From positions 2,640,001-2,672,000 of the forward strand of contig NC_020304.1 in assembly GCF_000341395.1 (NCBI RefSeq): a DNA stretch of 32,000 nucleotides. The letters run 5' to 3'. Shown here piece after piece: positions 19,191 through 27,563 of the stretch. Origin of the DNA: Desulfocapsa sulfexigens DSM 10523. GTDB taxonomy: Bacteria; Desulfobacterota; Desulfobulbia; Desulfobulbales; Desulfocapsaceae. A program made the translations under genes and the position numbers. Under the pieces are notes generated by a model. The model was not told the origin of the DNA. It ran no database searches and saw only the letters and a list, made by a program, of their open reading frames with translations. Every line of letters starts with the position of its first letter. The first letter of the stretch is position 1.

Positions 19191-19652
19191 CTATTCTATC
19201 TTCAGCAAATCCAATATTTCCTTACAGGAAGGGATATCAGCCATGGAGCTCCCATAATGAACGTAGCGGAGCCTGCCGGACAAATCAACCAGCATCTGCG
19301 CTGGAAGTCTGCCTAACTTGAAGGGATTGACTTCCTGTCCATATAATTGTTGAATGGTATGCTCCGGATCAGGTATGCCGATAAACGGTAACTCTTGCTT
19401 CATCCAGTATTTCTGGAAAATGTCGGCATTTTCAGATCCAATGACGACTATCTCTGTATTCAATCTAACAAAATTTTGATATTCCTGATGCAACTGCGCC
19501 AGATGCCTGCGGCTGAATGGTCAGGAGAAACCACGATTCAGAACCAACAGCACATTCATTCGGTCAATGAAAGATGAAAGTGTAAAACTGTTTCCGTTAC
19601 AATCTGTAGCTGTGAACCCTGGTGCATGTCCGTCTCGTTCGACTCTAGCCAT
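19191..19652 (-). CDS. Putative selenoprotein: peroxiredoxin/AhpC-TSA-like protein with selenocysteine (UGA) at codon 44
   Basis: Reading through TGA at 19521-19523 gives MARVERDGHAPGFTATDCNGNSFTLSSFIDRMNVLLVLNRGFSUPFSRRHLAQLHQEYQNFVRLNTEIVVIGSENADIFQKYWMKQELPFIGIPDPEHTIQQLYGQEVNPFKLGRLPAQMLVDLSGRLRYVHYGSSMADIPSCKEILDLLKIE. GGAGG RBS upstream of ATG 19652. TGA falls at the peroxidatic Cys of the usual RGFWCPFCRRHL motif. Confidence 0.85.
19490..19506 (-). promoter_or_regulatory. Candidate bacterial SECIS hairpin
   Basis: Minus-strand GCATCTG-GCG-CAGTTGC: 7-position stem with one U.U mismatch and a 3-nt loop starting with G, with 21 nt between the UGA and the loop. Confidence 0.5.
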
Positions 19653-19661
19653 GCTAACCTC

Positions 19662-19997
19662 CTACTTTTTGTGACAGGTGGAGCAGGATTTTCCTTTTGG
19701 AACTTGCTTTTCTTCATGACACGGCCAGCAGAGTTTTTTGTGGAAGTCATTCCCGCTTCCGCTGATGTTAACTATGGCAACCTTAAGTTTCCCTCCCTTT
19801 GGATCGGCGTGACAACTTATACATTCCAAAGTTTTTTGGTGTGTGGCATGGGGGAAAATAACAGCCTCCTTCTTCCCTTCTATATGAAAACGTGCCTTAA
19901 GATCTATTTCGGCAGGACCCGTTTCGCTGGAAAGTCCCAGTGCAGGGAATACCAGTACACCCATGAAAATAAATCCCGTAACCAGCTTGCTGTTCAT
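19662..19997 (-). CDS. Periplasmic triheme cytochrome c (cytochrome c3/c7-like)
   Basis: Signal peptide; three CxxCH motifs (CISCH, CWPCH, CSTCH) and FPHATHQ distal-His-like motif; ends 9 nt before the selenoprotein ATG. Confidence 0.88.
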   Translation of the reverse strand: MNSKLVTGFIFMGVLVFPALGLSSETGPAEIDLKARFHIEGKKEAVIFPHATHQKTLECISCHADPKGGKLKVAIVNISGSGNDFHKKLCWPCHEEKQVPKGKSCSTCHKK

Positions 19998-20261
19998 AGT
20001 TCAACCTCACTGTTTAATGTTTTAGTGGTGAAAAACCAGTGGGACGATTCCCCGGTATTTGCACCATGCTGCCCTTGTACAGCTCTTAAATGTCAAAAAA
20101 GACTCTAAATGAGAATACAATAGCAAAAAATAATTAACAATATTTAAGAGCTGTCCAGGGAGTGATGTTACTCGTCAAACAACTTCTGTTGTGCTACAAG
20201 TAATGTATTCATTGTTCATTCTGATGGAAATATACTCTTATAGCTAAGCTTGCAAAAAAGG

Positions 20262-22049
20262 ATGTGCTCCCTCAAACACAGGTTGAAATTTATGTTTGTA
20301 CAGAAGAGATCATCAAGACTGGCCCGTTTTTTTCCCTTCCTGAGCTGGCTTAAGGGATATAGCTCTCAAGAGCTGCGAAGCGACTCTCTGGCAGGACTGA
20401 CAGTTGCTGTGGTGTTGATACCACAGTCAATGGCCTATGCCATGCTTGCAGGCATGCCTCCTGTTTATGGGCTGTATGCGGCCGCTGTAACTCCTGTCAT
20501 AGGAGCGCTATGGGGCAGTCTGCGCCAACTTGCAACCGGGCCTATTGCAATCATGAGTCTTCTGGTTCTCACAACCCTTACTCCCCTCGCTGAACCCGGA
20601 TCTGCGGATTATATTTCTCTGGCTTTTACCCTCTCTTTCATGGTGGGATGCCTCTATCTTTTTCTCGGTACCCTTCGCATGGGATTGATCATGTCCTTTA
20701 TCTCCCATTCTTCCGTCAAAGGTTTTACTGCAGCCGCTGCCCTTATCATCATCTCCACCCAGCTTCCGCATCTCTTTGGTATCTCTGTTGGAAAACATGA
20801 GTACATCCTGCCCATGCTGGTTAATATTGTCCGGGAACTTCCCAGTTTGAATCCTTATACCTGTGTTATGGGGATCGCGGCCCTGATTCTCATCTCTTTC
20901 ATCAAGCATGTTAACAGAAATTTGCCGGCAGGATTGATTGCCCTGGTGATAGGTACTGTGATGGTCATCGTGTTTGATCTTGATCAGAAGGGAATCGCAG
21001 TTATAGGTGCAATACCGGTTGGTCTGCCCAGCTTTAATCTTCCCCTGGTCAGTTTTGAGATGCTCAGCAAACTTGCAGGACCGACAATGGTGATTGCCCT
21101 GGTGAGCTTTGCGGAGACCTATTCAGTAGGGAAGGCGATATCAAGTCAGACCAAACAGAAGGTGAATGTCAATCAGGAACTGATTGGTCAGGGGTTGGCC
21201 AATTGTATCGGATCTTTCTTCTATTGCCCCCCGGTAAGCGGCTCCTTTTCCCGTTCCGCCATTAATTTTGCCGTTGGTGCAAAAACTGGCGTCTCCAGCA
21301 TCTTATCAAGCATTATTGTTGTTCTGTCTCTGCTTTTCCTGACCCAGCTTTTCACCAGTATTCCTAAGGCGGTACTCGCCGCCCTGGTCATTAATGCCGT
21401 ACTTCTCCTCTTTAATCCAAAAGAGGTCTTTGCCCTTTTAAAGAAAAACCGGCATGACGGTATTGTAGCTGTTACCGTATTTATTATGGGACTGGTCATC
21501 AAGCCTGATTATGCACTGCTTCTCGGGGTCATGATGTCGCTTATCTTTTTCCTCTGGAAAACCATGCACCCGGTTGTTGTCAGGATAACCAAGGATCCTG
21601 AATTGAACATGTTTGTTGATGGTGATCTGATGGATAAACCTGACTGCCCGCAGATCCTGCAGTTACGGATAGACAGTGAAATCTATTTCGGGAATGCCCA
21701 GTTTCTGGTGGAACTCATTAGCGAGCGCTTGGATGCATTGGTAGCGCCCATTAAATTTTTGATTCTTGATTTTCAGGCAGTAAGCTTTGTCGATCTGACA
21801 GGAATTGATGAACTCAGACTGCTCCTGGAAGAACTTGACACGAGAGGGGTCCGGCCTGTCTTTATTAATATCAACCCGCCCGTTCAGAAGGTATTTGTTT
21901 CTTCAGGATTGTCTGCAGATATTGATGCAGAAATGATTTTTGATGGAAAAGGTACGGCAACCAGAAAAATTTTCCCTATTCTTGATCATGATTACTGCCG
22001 TGAGACCTGTTCGATTGCTCTTTTTAATGAGTGCGAAACCGTGAAATAA
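20262..22049 (+). CDS. SulP-family anion (sulfate-type) transporter with C-terminal STAS domain
   Basis: GLTVAVVLIPQSMAYAMLAGMPPVYGLYAA; C-terminal STAS domain (ILDFQAVSFVDLTGIDEL). Upstream TTG at 20250 also possible. Confidence 0.95.
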   Translation: MCSLKHRLKFMFVQKRSSRLARFFPFLSWLKGYSSQELRSDSLAGLTVAVVLIPQSMAYAMLAGMPPVYGLYAAAVTPVIGALWGSLRQLATGPIAIMSLLVLTTLTPLAEPGSADYISLAFTLSFMVGCLYLFLGTLRMGLIMSFISHSSVKGFTAAAALIIISTQLPHLFGISVGKHEYILPMLVNIVRELPSLNPYTCVMGIAALILISFIKHVNRNLPAGLIALVIGTVMVIVFDLDQKGIAVIGAIPVGLPSFNLPLVSFEMLSKLAGPTMVIALVSFAETYSVGKAISSQTKQKVNVNQELIGQGLANCIGSFFYCPPVSGSFSRSAINFAVGAKTGVSSILSSIIVVLSLLFLTQLFTSIPKAVLAALVINAVLLLFNPKEVFALLKKNRHDGIVAVTVFIMGLVIKPDYALLLGVMMSLIFFLWKTMHPVVVRITKDPELNMFVDGDLMDKPDCPQILQLRIDSEIYFGNAQFLVELISERLDALVAPIKFLILDFQAVSFVDLTGIDELRLLLEELDTRGVRPVFININPPVQKVFVSSGLSADIDAEMIFDGKGTATRKIFPILDHDYCRETCSIALFNECETVK

Positions 22050-22052
22050 AAA

Positions 22053-22237
22053 CATGATTACTACAAATCCTCAGCCTACCCGCCTGAGGAGGATTTCTTT
22101 TCGTGTTGATTATATGGGCATCTGCGGCCTGGACGGCCGCAGTAGCAGTAGAGCCCCCAGGGATGGGTTTATGGCGTCCCATATAATCGACACGGAACAA
22201 CTTTGGGTTACAAAGCTGATTTTGGATGGTAATCAGG
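22053..22237. repeat. MITE-like element, copy 2 (185 bp), inverted relative to copy 1
   Basis: Right end TGGTAATCAGG (22227-22237), decayed left end CATGATTACTA (22053-22063), flanked by 8-bp direct repeat AATAAAAA (22045-22052 and 22238-22245). Central part almost identical to the reverse complement of 9338-9502. Confidence 0.88.
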
Positions 22238-22356
22238 AATAAAAAAGAACAACAAACAGCGATGAGCGGGGGGAGAAGAGCCGCCAGGACTGGCATTTCG
22301 GGAGCAGATCATAATGATGAAGCTTTTTTTCTTTGTTGAAGTGCATGTGAAACTGT

Positions 22357-23115
22357 TTATTGAATAAGCCTTTTTCGTATGAGAAAGATAGCCACCTGGC
22401 AGGTAAAAAATGTAAGGACAGACAGTCCTATTAGTTTTACAAACCATGGCTGATCAAACTGGCCATAGCAGAGCATGCGAGACAATGTAACAAAGGGAGT
22501 GAGGGGCAGTAATTCAAAAAATATTCTGACTCTTTCAGGAATGGAATGGAGTGAGAAGAAGATCCCTGAAAAGAGAAAGAGAGGTGTAAGGACAAGAGAA
22601 ATAAAGTAGTTGAAGAATTCATAATTGGTAGCAAGGGCGGTCATGATGAGCCCCAAGGCAGCAAAAAATATCCCGGAAAGGAAAAGTAATGGTAGCAGGG
22701 TAAGGGTCCATGGAGAAGGCCAGACACCAAAAAGTGGCAGGGCTGCAAGCATGATGATACCGGACAACAAACCTTTGCTGGCCCCCCAGAAAATCTCACC
22801 GAGAACTATATCGGTAACCCCAAGCGGTGTAACCAGGATGGCCTCATAAGTCTTTTGAATTGTCAGCCGGGTATAGGCACCATATGTTGTTTCAAAGGCG
22901 GCGCTGTACATGACCGAGGAGGCGGCGAGGCCGGGAGCGAGGAATTGCAGATAGGTCAGGCCTTCAATGGTTCCTACTTGTTTGCCAAGTCCGTAGCCCA
23001 TGGCCAGCAGGAAGAGCAGAGGTTGTCCCAGGTTGCCTATCAGGGTCGAAGTGATGTGCTTACTCCAGACCAGATTGTTACGCAGCCAGACTGTCCGGAA
23101 GCGAAAAAAGGTCAT
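22357..23115 (-). CDS. ABC-2 type transporter permease
   Basis: 252 aa; six TM segments, FLAPGLAASSVMYSAAFETTYGAYTRL motif; overlaps the ATPase gene by 4 nt. Confidence 0.9.
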   Translation of the reverse strand: MTFFRFRTVWLRNNLVWSKHITSTLIGNLGQPLLFLLAMGYGLGKQVGTIEGLTYLQFLAPGLAASSVMYSAAFETTYGAYTRLTIQKTYEAILVTPLGVTDIVLGEIFWGASKGLLSGIIMLAALPLFGVWPSPWTLTLLPLLFLSGIFFAALGLIMTALATNYEFFNYFISLVLTPLFLFSGIFFSLHSIPERVRIFFELLPLTPFVTLSRMLCYGQFDQPWFVKLIGLSVLTFFTCQVAIFLIRKRLIQ

Positions 23116-24044
23116 GATTCTCGTAATGACCTCCCGGTTAACTGGATAAAAAGATCCTCCAGGTTAGCAGGTCTGCGCAGCCATTTGCGGGAGTTTGCCA
23201 GTAACGCTTCAAGACGGCTGCAATCTTCCTGAGTATAGGCATAAAGCCTGTCGTTTACTCGCTCGGTGGTTGCGTTACATTTTTGGAAAGCTTCTTCCAG
23301 GGTGTCAAGTTCCGATTGCCCCCCCTCCACTTCAAAGACATCCACACCGACAAGCTCTTTAATCAATTGCTGTGGAATTCCCTCGGTGACAATTGTTCCG
23401 TGATCAAGGATAAGAACCCTGTCGCTAAGTCTCTCCACCTCATCGAGATAATGACTGGTTAACAGCATGGTCATCCCCTGTTCCTGCAGCATTTCAAGAT
23501 GTTGCCATATCAGTTGGCGGGATTGGGGGTCAAGGCCGACGGTGGGCTCGTCCAGGATAAGCAGTTTCGGGTTATTGATGAGAGCCCGGGCAAGCAGTAA
23601 TCTTCTTCGCTGTCCCCCTGAAAGACGCTCTATCACCTCATCTTTTCTGTTGGTCAGTGCAAAAAACTGGAGAAGTTCGTCGGCCTTTGCCGATGCTATT
23701 CGACGTGGAATGTTATAAAATGCTGCATAGGTGAGTAGATTTTCCTGTACGGTGAGGTCAGGATCCAGGCTGTCCGCTTGAGGGACCACACCAATAAGCT
23801 GTTTGGCTTCACGCAACTGCTCCGGAATGTGCATCCCCAGAAGAGTTATAGTGCCGCTGCTTTTTGTCATTAATCCGAGCAACATCTTGATCGTGGTGGT
23901 TTTGCCGGCTCCATTTGGCCCCAAGAAGCCAAGACATTCTCCACCCCGGATGGAAAAACTGATATTGTCTACTGCACAACGTTCCTGAAACATTTTTGTC
24001 AGCTCTGCAACAACGACAGTGGGAGCAATATCTGAGTTGATCAT
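23112..24044 (-). CDS. ABC transporter ATP-binding protein (NodI/DrrA-like)
   Basis: Walker A GPNGAGKTTTIKMLLG, signature LSGGQRRRLLLARAL, Walker B LLILDEPTVGLDPQSR. Confidence 0.95.
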   Translation of the reverse strand: MINSDIAPTVVVAELTKMFQERCAVDNISFSIRGGECLGFLGPNGAGKTTTIKMLLGLMTKSSGTITLLGMHIPEQLREAKQLIGVVPQADSLDPDLTVQENLLTYAAFYNIPRRIASAKADELLQFFALTNRKDEVIERLSGGQRRRLLLARALINNPKLLILDEPTVGLDPQSRQLIWQHLEMLQEQGMTMLLTSHYLDEVERLSDRVLILDHGTIVTEGIPQQLIKELVGVDVFEVEGGQSELDTLEEAFQKCNATTERVNDRLYAYTQEDCSRLEALLANSRKWLRRPANLEDLFIQLTGRSLRES

Positions 24045-24050
24045 CAGGAA

Positions 24051-25115
24051 TCAGAGCCAGTTTCTACGTTTAAAAAATCGGACCATGACTAGAGCAACAG
24101 CCAGCATTACACCCCAGAAGACGAAATAACTGTAGCGAAAATGCAGTTCCGGAAGGTATTCAAAGTTTGTTCCATAAATACCGGCAATAAAGGTGAGAGG
24201 GATAAAGATTGCCGAAAAAATGGTTAGGACTTTCATTATTTCATTCAGTTTGTTACCTATTCCGGTGTTGTAAATGTTCAAGTGGTCTGAAAGCATTTCC
24301 CGGTAAGTGTCAATAACCTCGACAGCCTGGCTGACGAGATCAAGAAGGTCTTTGAGAAAAGGGATGGTCTGTTCCTGGATAAGGTCTGACTCCAGTCTGC
24401 TCAGTTGCAGAATAAATTCTTTGGCAGGACGAATCGTTTTGCGGAGGTAGTTCATCTCACGCTTGTAGTTATTTATCCGCGTCAGGACATCCTTCGTTGG
24501 GTTGTCGAGGATTTCATCTTCAATGTCTTCAATCTGTTCACCCATCCGTTCAATAATAAAATTATAATTGTCGACTATGGTATCCAGCAGGGCATATGCA
24601 AGATAATCTATACCCACCTTGCGGATTCTCCCTTTCTGGTTCCTTATCCGTTTCCGAACCGGCTCGAAGACATCAGCCGGTTGTTCTTGAAAGGTGATTA
24701 AAAAGGTTTCTCCAAGGATCATGCTCAACTGTTCACTGTGGATTCTCCCTTCATCCTCGTCATAACGCATCATCTTGAGGACAAAATAAATATAATCATC
24801 GTAATCCTCCATTTTCGGGCGCTGGCCTGTATTGCTGATATCCTCAAGGACCAGGCTATGGAGTCCGAATCCCTGGCCAATGGCTTTGAGCAATTCCGTA
24901 TCATGGAGGCCGTATACGTTGAGCCAGGTGACTGTCGCCGTATCTTTATAAGGAATGCCGTCTTTGATATCGTTTAGAAATTTTTCATCCAGATGTTCCT
25001 GATCATAATCAAGAATCTGGATCCTCGATTCATCTATTTTCTGTTCCCCGATAAAAATCAGTTCACCAGGGGACTTGCCCATGGAGGCCTCTTTATTTTT
25101 TAAGAATCTTGCCAT
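24051..25115 (-). CDS. corA: CorA-family magnesium/cobalt transporter
   Basis: IFIPLTFIAGIYGTNFEYLPEL: the YGTNF variant of the CorA YGMNF signature; C-terminal TM pair. Confidence 0.95.
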   Translation of the reverse strand: MARFLKNKEASMGKSPGELIFIGEQKIDESRIQILDYDQEHLDEKFLNDIKDGIPYKDTATVTWLNVYGLHDTELLKAIGQGFGLHSLVLEDISNTGQRPKMEDYDDYIYFVLKMMRYDEDEGRIHSEQLSMILGETFLITFQEQPADVFEPVRKRIRNQKGRIRKVGIDYLAYALLDTIVDNYNFIIERMGEQIEDIEDEILDNPTKDVLTRINNYKREMNYLRKTIRPAKEFILQLSRLESDLIQEQTIPFLKDLLDLVSQAVEVIDTYREMLSDHLNIYNTGIGNKLNEIMKVLTIFSAIFIPLTFIAGIYGTNFEYLPELHFRYSYFVFWGVMLAVALVMVRFFKRRNWL

Positions 25116-25169
25116 GCCACCCTCTTGTGTCTCCCGAGATATCTTCTGTCAGTGCTGGTCGCTATTACT

Positions 25170-25763
25170 TCAAACCAGATTTTTGTTAACGAATTCCCAA
25201 TTGATGAGGTTTTGAATAAAAACATCAAGATAGGTACCCCGCGCATTTTGGTAGTCCAGGTAATAGGCGTGCTCCCAGACATCAACCGTTAATAACGGTT
25301 TGATATTATGGGCTATGGGGGTGTCAGCATTTGCAGTTTTCATAATTGTCAGTTTGTTGTTTTTTATAACCAGCCACGCCCATCCACTTCCGAATTGTGT
25401 AAGAGCGCTATTTTTTAACTGCTCAACAAATGTGTCATACCCACCAAAGTCAGCAACTATTTTTTCAGCGATGGCTCCCATTGGCATCCCGCCACCCCCA
25501 GGTTTCATACAGTTCCAGTAAAATGTGTGGTTCCATACCTGTGCTGCATTGTTATAGATTGCGGTTTTACTCTCATCTTTTACTGTCTTTCTGATAATAT
25601 CCTCCAGGGTGTCTCCAGCCAAATCTGTGCCTTCTATGAGTTTGTTAAGATTGGCAACATAGGTACTATGGTGTTTTCCATGATGAAATTCCAGGGTTTG
25701 TGAGCTGATGTGTGGAGCCAGACCGTCTTTTTGATAAGGAAGATCAGGCAGCGTAATCGTCAT
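25170..25763 (-). CDS. sodB: Superoxide dismutase (Fe/Mn)
   Basis: LEFHHGKHHSTYVANLN, AAQVWNHTFYWNCMKP, DVWEHAYYLDYQN. Confidence 0.97.
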   Translation of the reverse strand: MTITLPDLPYQKDGLAPHISSQTLEFHHGKHHSTYVANLNKLIEGTDLAGDTLEDIIRKTVKDESKTAIYNNAAQVWNHTFYWNCMKPGGGGMPMGAIAEKIVADFGGYDTFVEQLKNSALTQFGSGWAWLVIKNNKLTIMKTANADTPIAHNIKPLLTVDVWEHAYYLDYQNARGTYLDVFIQNLINWEFVNKNLV

Positions 25764-26067
25764 GTTTGTTTCTCCTTGTGATTGAAGGGGGATGGGAGGA
25801 GTTTGTTGAAGAGGTACACTCCTGGATAACGTTCTTTAAACAGTAGACTTTTTAACAGGATACTTTATATTTAAAACGATTTCAATCTTCAGTGGCAACA
25901 GTAAGAAAACTCGTTATATCAAATCCATGCTCAGGAAGAGAATGAGTCCTGGAATGTATTACAAAGTAGATTGGAGGGGGCGAAAAAAATGATGAATTCC
26001 ATACCCACCCATTCCGGTTGGTTGGCAGTAACAAAATGACATAAAATACTGTAAACAAGGAAAGTAG

Positions 26068-27498
26068 ATGAAAATAATGCAGATATATACGGATATTTTT
26101 CTGAACTGGCAGGCTCTTCTTGATATCGTGTTGATAGCTGCCGGTCTGTTTTTCCTCCATCGAACATTTTTAAGGCTTGGTACCTGGAAAATCCTGATAG
26201 GGATACTGGCTGCATTTGTTTTGTTTATCCTCGCCAGTGTCCTGAATCTGGAGGGTATTGAATGGATTTTCAAGAATGTCAGTCATGTTGCCCTGCTTGG
26301 TGTGATAGTCATTTTCCAGCCAGAGATTCGAAAAATATTCGAGAAGATGGTTTCCATCGCTGTCGCTAAGAAAAATATCACTTCAAGCGATACTGATCAG
26401 ATAGTGGCTGACAGCCTCTGGGCCCTTGCAGCACAGAAACGGGGGGCGATAATCGTCTTTCCAGGGAAAGAACAGATCCAGGATAAAATATCCGGAGGCA
26501 ATGTCCTTAAAGCGCTTCCCAGTGTTTCGTTGATAAAAAGTATTTTTGATCCCAATTCTCCAGGGCATGATGGTGCTGTGATCATCGCTGACAACCTTCT
26601 GAGCCATTTCGGTGTGCGACTGCCCATGTCAAAGAGTTCCACTCTGTCTGAAGATTACGGGACTCGTCACCATGCGGCCATGGGGATGGTGGAAGAAACT
26701 GACTCTCTTGTACTTCTTGTCTCGGAAGAGCGGGGACATGTTTCTTCTTTTATGGATGGGGAAATGACCCGCTTAAATTCTCCGGAAGAGATTATTCAGG
26801 TGATAGAAAAACATTTTACCAGGATTGGTGTCACCCCTTTTGCACAGGCAGTTTCCCTAAGCCCGAGAACCGTGCTGCAGGTTATGTGCAGTCTGCTCGT
26901 CGCTATTATCTTCTGGTCTACAGTGATCCTGGGTCAGAAACAACTGGTTGAGCGAACCCTCACTGTTCCTATTGAATATACCTCTCCCGGCGAAGGGTTG
27001 GTTCTTGTAGGAACCAAGGTGTACGAGCTCGTTATTCACGCAGCTGGACCCAAGTCAGCTATGAACGATTTTGCTCTCTCAGCCCCCAATGCCCTGATTA
27101 ACTTGTCCAAGATGGCGGAAGGTACTCAAAGAGTTCCTGTGACAGGTGACAATATAGAATATCCCAGTGAGATAACACTACTTGATATCTCACCCGCAGA
27201 GCTTGAATTGACTCTGGCAGGTATTGTTAAGAAAACCGTACCAATAACTCCACAGTTTATTGGTCAATTGCCAAGTGGCTTAAAAATAAAGAAAATTCAA
27301 GTATCCCCCGCAGAGATCCAGGTATTTACACCACCGAGTCAGCAGGAAAATAAGACTCTCGCTGTTTCAACCACCCCGATATATCTCAGTTCTATTTCCA
27401 GTGATAGTAAAATTCTCTGTAAAATAATTGCCCCGCCTTCGTTTCAACCAGTCGAGAAAAGATGGCCGGATGTTGAAGTTCTTATAACTTTCGAATGA
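26068..27498 (+). CDS. cdaA: Diadenylate cyclase (CdaA type) fused to C-terminal YbbR-like domain(s)
   Basis: Three N-terminal TMs, FQPEIRKIFEKM, DAC motifs NSPGHDGAVII and GTRHHAAMGMVEETDSLVLLVSEERG, then a TM segment and YbbR-like repeats. Confidence 0.88.
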   Translation: MKIMQIYTDIFLNWQALLDIVLIAAGLFFLHRTFLRLGTWKILIGILAAFVLFILASVLNLEGIEWIFKNVSHVALLGVIVIFQPEIRKIFEKMVSIAVAKKNITSSDTDQIVADSLWALAAQKRGAIIVFPGKEQIQDKISGGNVLKALPSVSLIKSIFDPNSPGHDGAVIIADNLLSHFGVRLPMSKSSTLSEDYGTRHHAAMGMVEETDSLVLLVSEERGHVSSFMDGEMTRLNSPEEIIQVIEKHFTRIGVTPFAQAVSLSPRTVLQVMCSLLVAIIFWSTVILGQKQLVERTLTVPIEYTSPGEGLVLVGTKVYELVIHAAGPKSAMNDFALSAPNALINLSKMAEGTQRVPVTGDNIEYPSEITLLDISPAELELTLAGIVKKTVPITPQFIGQLPSGLKIKKIQVSPAEIQVFTPPSQQENKTLAVSTTPIYLSSISSDSKILCKIIAPPSFQPVEKRWPDVEVLITFE

Positions 27499-27563
27499 TT
27501 CTTAACAGTGAGCAGTGCAACTACTCCTGATGTTTGTTACTAGAAAACTACCTTAAGGTTATT

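Noticed and set aside
19191-19493. Headless redoxin as a truncated pseudogene
   Set aside because: The missing N-terminal part is present in frame upstream of a single TGA at the catalytic Cys position, with a proper RBS and ATG, so a selenoprotein explains it better.
19556-19750. 64-aa minus ORF MTSTKNSAGRVMKK...
   Set aside because: Out of frame with, and overlapping, both the cytochrome end and the selenoprotein start; shadow ORF.
9338-22237. The 12.7-kb segment between the two inverted element copies as a composite transposon or invertible segment
   Set aside because: Each copy has its own distinct 8-bp target duplication (TAATGATT, AATAAAAA), showing two independent insertions. Homologous recombination between them could still invert the segment, but nothing in the sequence shows it did.
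25882-26273. Nested minus-strand ORFs upstream of and across the cdaA start
   Set aside because: Overlap the well-supported CdaA N-terminus in antisense and have no recognisable domain.
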